DNA of 64,000 nt from NCBI GenBank assembly GCA_028711345.1, contig JAQTSK010000001.1, positions 11,961-75,960 on the forward strand, read 5' to 3'. The stretch comes from Candidatus Peribacteraceae bacterium (GTDB lineage: Bacteria; Patescibacteriota; Gracilibacteria; Peribacterales; Peribacteraceae). Positions 62,229 through 64,000 of this stretch are shown one piece after another. Numbering within the stretch: the stretch's first letter is position 1; the number at the start of each line of letters is the position of its first letter. Made by a program: the position numbers and the translations under genes. A model generated the notes under the pieces. It saw nothing but the letters and a program-made list of their open reading frames with translations, was not told where the DNA came from and did no database searches.

Positions 62229-63482
62229 TTATTGTCTTGTCTGCCCTTCCCCCTCCACAATCCACTTGTAGCTCGTCAACTCTTGCAGTCCCATGGGTCC
62301 CCGCGCGTGGAGCTTTTGCGTGGAGATGCCGATTTCCGCACCCATGCCGAACTGCGCGCCGTCCGTGAAGGCAGTTGATGCATTGGCATACACCGCTGCC
62401 GCATCGACTTCGCTCAGAAAACGCTGAATGATTTTTTGGTCTTCCGCAATGATTGCTTCGCTATGCTTCGAGCTGAATTGATCGATATGTTTCAGTGCTT
62501 CATCCTGATTCTTCACCGTTTTGATCGACAAGCGGAGCGAGAGGAACTCCGTGCCGAAGTGCTTGGCTGTTGCAAGTTTCAGAAGTTTAGGATCGTAAGA
62601 AGATTTCAATGCCTGATAAGCGCTTTTGTCTGCGAAAATCTCCACATTCTTCGCCAGCAGCGGCTTCACGATGGTGGGCAGGTCTTTGAGTTTCGATTGA
62701 TGGATGATCAGGGTATCGAGAGCGTTGCAGACCGCAGGTCGCCGCGTTTTGGCATTGAAGACGATCGCAGCCGCCTTCTTTGTGTCTCCGCTGACATCAA
62801 CGTAGGTGTGGACGATGCCCGCGCCCGTTTCGATGACCGGAATGCTGCTCGTTTTCCGGACGAAATCAATCAGCGATTGGCTTCCGCGTGGAATAATCAC
62901 ATCGATCATATCAACGGCCTTTAACATCGTTTCCACGGCTTGCCGATCAGGGGGCAGGAGAAGAATCGCATGTTCATTGACGCGGTGTTTCTTCAGGACG
63001 GATCGGATCAGGCGGACGATGGCGGCATTCGAATCTTTGGCATCGCTGCCGCCCTTGAGAACGACCGCATTTCCCGCCTTGAAGCAGAGTGCAAATGTGT
63101 CCACGGTGACGTTCGGCCGCGCTTCGTAGATGATGCCGATCACGCCGAGCGGTACCGTGACTTTCTTGATGTGCAAGCCATTTGGTCTTTTCCGTTCTTC
63201 CAGAACTCTTCGAAGCGGGGAGGGGAGTCCGGCAACCGTTCGGGTTTCGGATGCGATTCCTTTCAGGCGCTCCATGGTCAGAAGTAACCGGTCGTAGCGC
63301 GGATCGCTTTCATTCATCCTTGCACAGTCTTTACCGTTGGCTCGCAGAATCGTTTTGCTTTCCTTGATGAGCAGATCTGCAAGATCGAGGAGTACGGCAG
63401 TGATCGTCTTTTCCGACAGCGTTCCAAGAGACCGGCTGGCCGCTTTCGTTCGTGCCAATTGGCGGAGGAGGGGGAGGGGCAT
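62229..63482 (-). CDS. proA: Glutamate-5-semialdehyde dehydrogenase
   Basis: ALDH-fold with [14 protein letters not shown] and the catalytic-Cys context [15 protein letters not shown]. The start is set at the internal ATG. Confidence 0.8.
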   Translation of the reverse strand: MPLPLLRQLARTKAASRSLGTLSEKTITAVLLDLADLLIKESKTILRANGKDCARMNESDPRYDRLLLTMERLKGIASETRTVAGLPSPLRRVLEERKRPNGLHIKKVTVPLGVIGIIYEARPNVTVDTFALCFKAGNAVVLKGGSDAKDSNAAIVRLIRSVLKKHRVNEHAILLLPPDRQAVETMLKAVDMIDVIIPRGSQSLIDFVRKTSSIPVIETGAGIVHTYVDVSGDTKKAAAIVFNAKTRRPAVCNALDTLIIHQSKLKDLPTIVKPLLAKNVEIFADKSAYQALKSSYDPKLLKLATAKHFGTEFLSLRLSIKTVKNQDEALKHIDQFSSKHSEAIIAEDQKIIQRFLSEVDAAAVYANASTAFTDGAQFGMGAEIGISTQKLHARGPMGLQELTSYKWIVEGEGQTRQ

Positions 63483-63524
63483 TTTCGAAGGCAAAAGGGC
63501 AAAAAGGAAAAATGGCAAGAGGTG

Positions 63525-64000
63525 TCAGCTGAGTTTTCGGGAACGTGCAATGGCGGCGTCGATGGCTTCATTGATGATCGTATCCAGGTGATTTCCCTTG
63601 AGCGAGGCCAGCGCCGCTTCGGTGGTTCCGCCTTTGGAGGTGACGGCTTCGCGGAGTTCCGTGAGTGTCCGCTTGTCGTTTGCCGCCAGCACACCGCTGC
63701 CGATCATGGTCGCCCGCGCAAGGACTGCGGATTCCTGAGGACTAAAACCTTCTTTCAGCGCTTTTATGCCCAGCAATTCCGCGAGGAGGAAGAAGTACGC
63801 AGGTCCGGAGCCGGAGATCGCCGTGACCGCATCGAGCTTGGATTCATCGTTCAATTCGATCTGCGTGCCGACTGCACCGAATATCGTTTCCACGAATGTC
63901 CGGTCGGGTTTCGAGACTGCCGGAGTGGCGCACCATCCTGTGCAGCCGAGTCCGATGGTCGCCGGCAGGTTGGGCATCGCTCGGACGATGCGTTTCGACC
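63525..64000 (-). CDS. proC: Pyrroline-5-carboxylate reductase (C-terminal part; continues beyond window)
   Basis: VRAMPNLPA, SGSGPAYFF and TSKGGTTEAAL motifs. The frame is open to base 64000. Confidence 0.7.
   Translation of the reverse strand, partial: SKRIVRAMPNLPATIGLGCTGWCATPAVSKPDRTFVETIFGAVGTQIELNDESKLDAVTAISGSGPAYFFLLAELLGIKALKEGFSPQESAVLARATMIGSGVLAANDKRTLTELREAVTSKGGTTEAALASLKGNHLDTIINEAIDAAIARSRKLS

Noticed and set aside
1-64000. Alternative genetic code (TGA as sense, as in some candidate phyla)
   Set aside because: TGA terminates well-supported genes (for example 918, 26336, 43618) and takes part in ATGA overlaps. Conserved proteins are full length under the standard code.

Overview
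This is a gene-dense, fairly GC-rich bacterial chromosome segment that uses the standard genetic code: TGA ends many ORFs and there are three ATGA start/stop overlaps. I call about 64 protein-coding genes and 4 tRNAs (CAT, Leu-CAA, Ile-GAT, Lys-CTT), all with encoded CCA. I saw no rRNA, CRISPR array, transposase or integrase. Housekeeping genes include argS, murF, murD, a FemAB-type transferase, grpE, trxB, rpmG, recF, ruvC, prs, truB, ftsA-ftsZ, dut, proA-proC, an archaeal-type PEP carboxylase, a stand-alone 5'-3' exonuclease and a kinase/dCMP-deaminase fusion. Accessory content includes a VirB4 ATPase module, a TrbC/VirB2-like pilin, several GT-C-like polytopic membrane proteins and a Phd/RelE toxin-antitoxin pair. 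The gene content resembles CPR/Patescibacteria-type genomes, but that is only a guess. Four things stand out. (1) A 10.8-kb tandem array at 26336-37134 holds five paralogous ~550-565-aa cysteine-rich zinc-ribbon proteins plus a 60-nt fossil of a sixth. It is interleaved with a TrmB-like regulator and an ATGA-coupled GHKL-ATPase/STAS-like (DUF4325-type) pair, and I cannot assign the family to anything named. (2) A window-wide population of palindromic elements is built from 7-9-nt tandem words. The same words also sit in frame inside murD, the FemAB gene, an alpha/beta hydrolase and the murF tail. (3) A TAnnnT -10 box lies about 6 nt upstream of many start codons, which implies leaderless mRNAs. 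(4) Two tRNA genes are each preceded by a copy of their own 5' end split by a hairpin at the same D-loop position. All functional calls come from motif recognition by eye; no searches were run.
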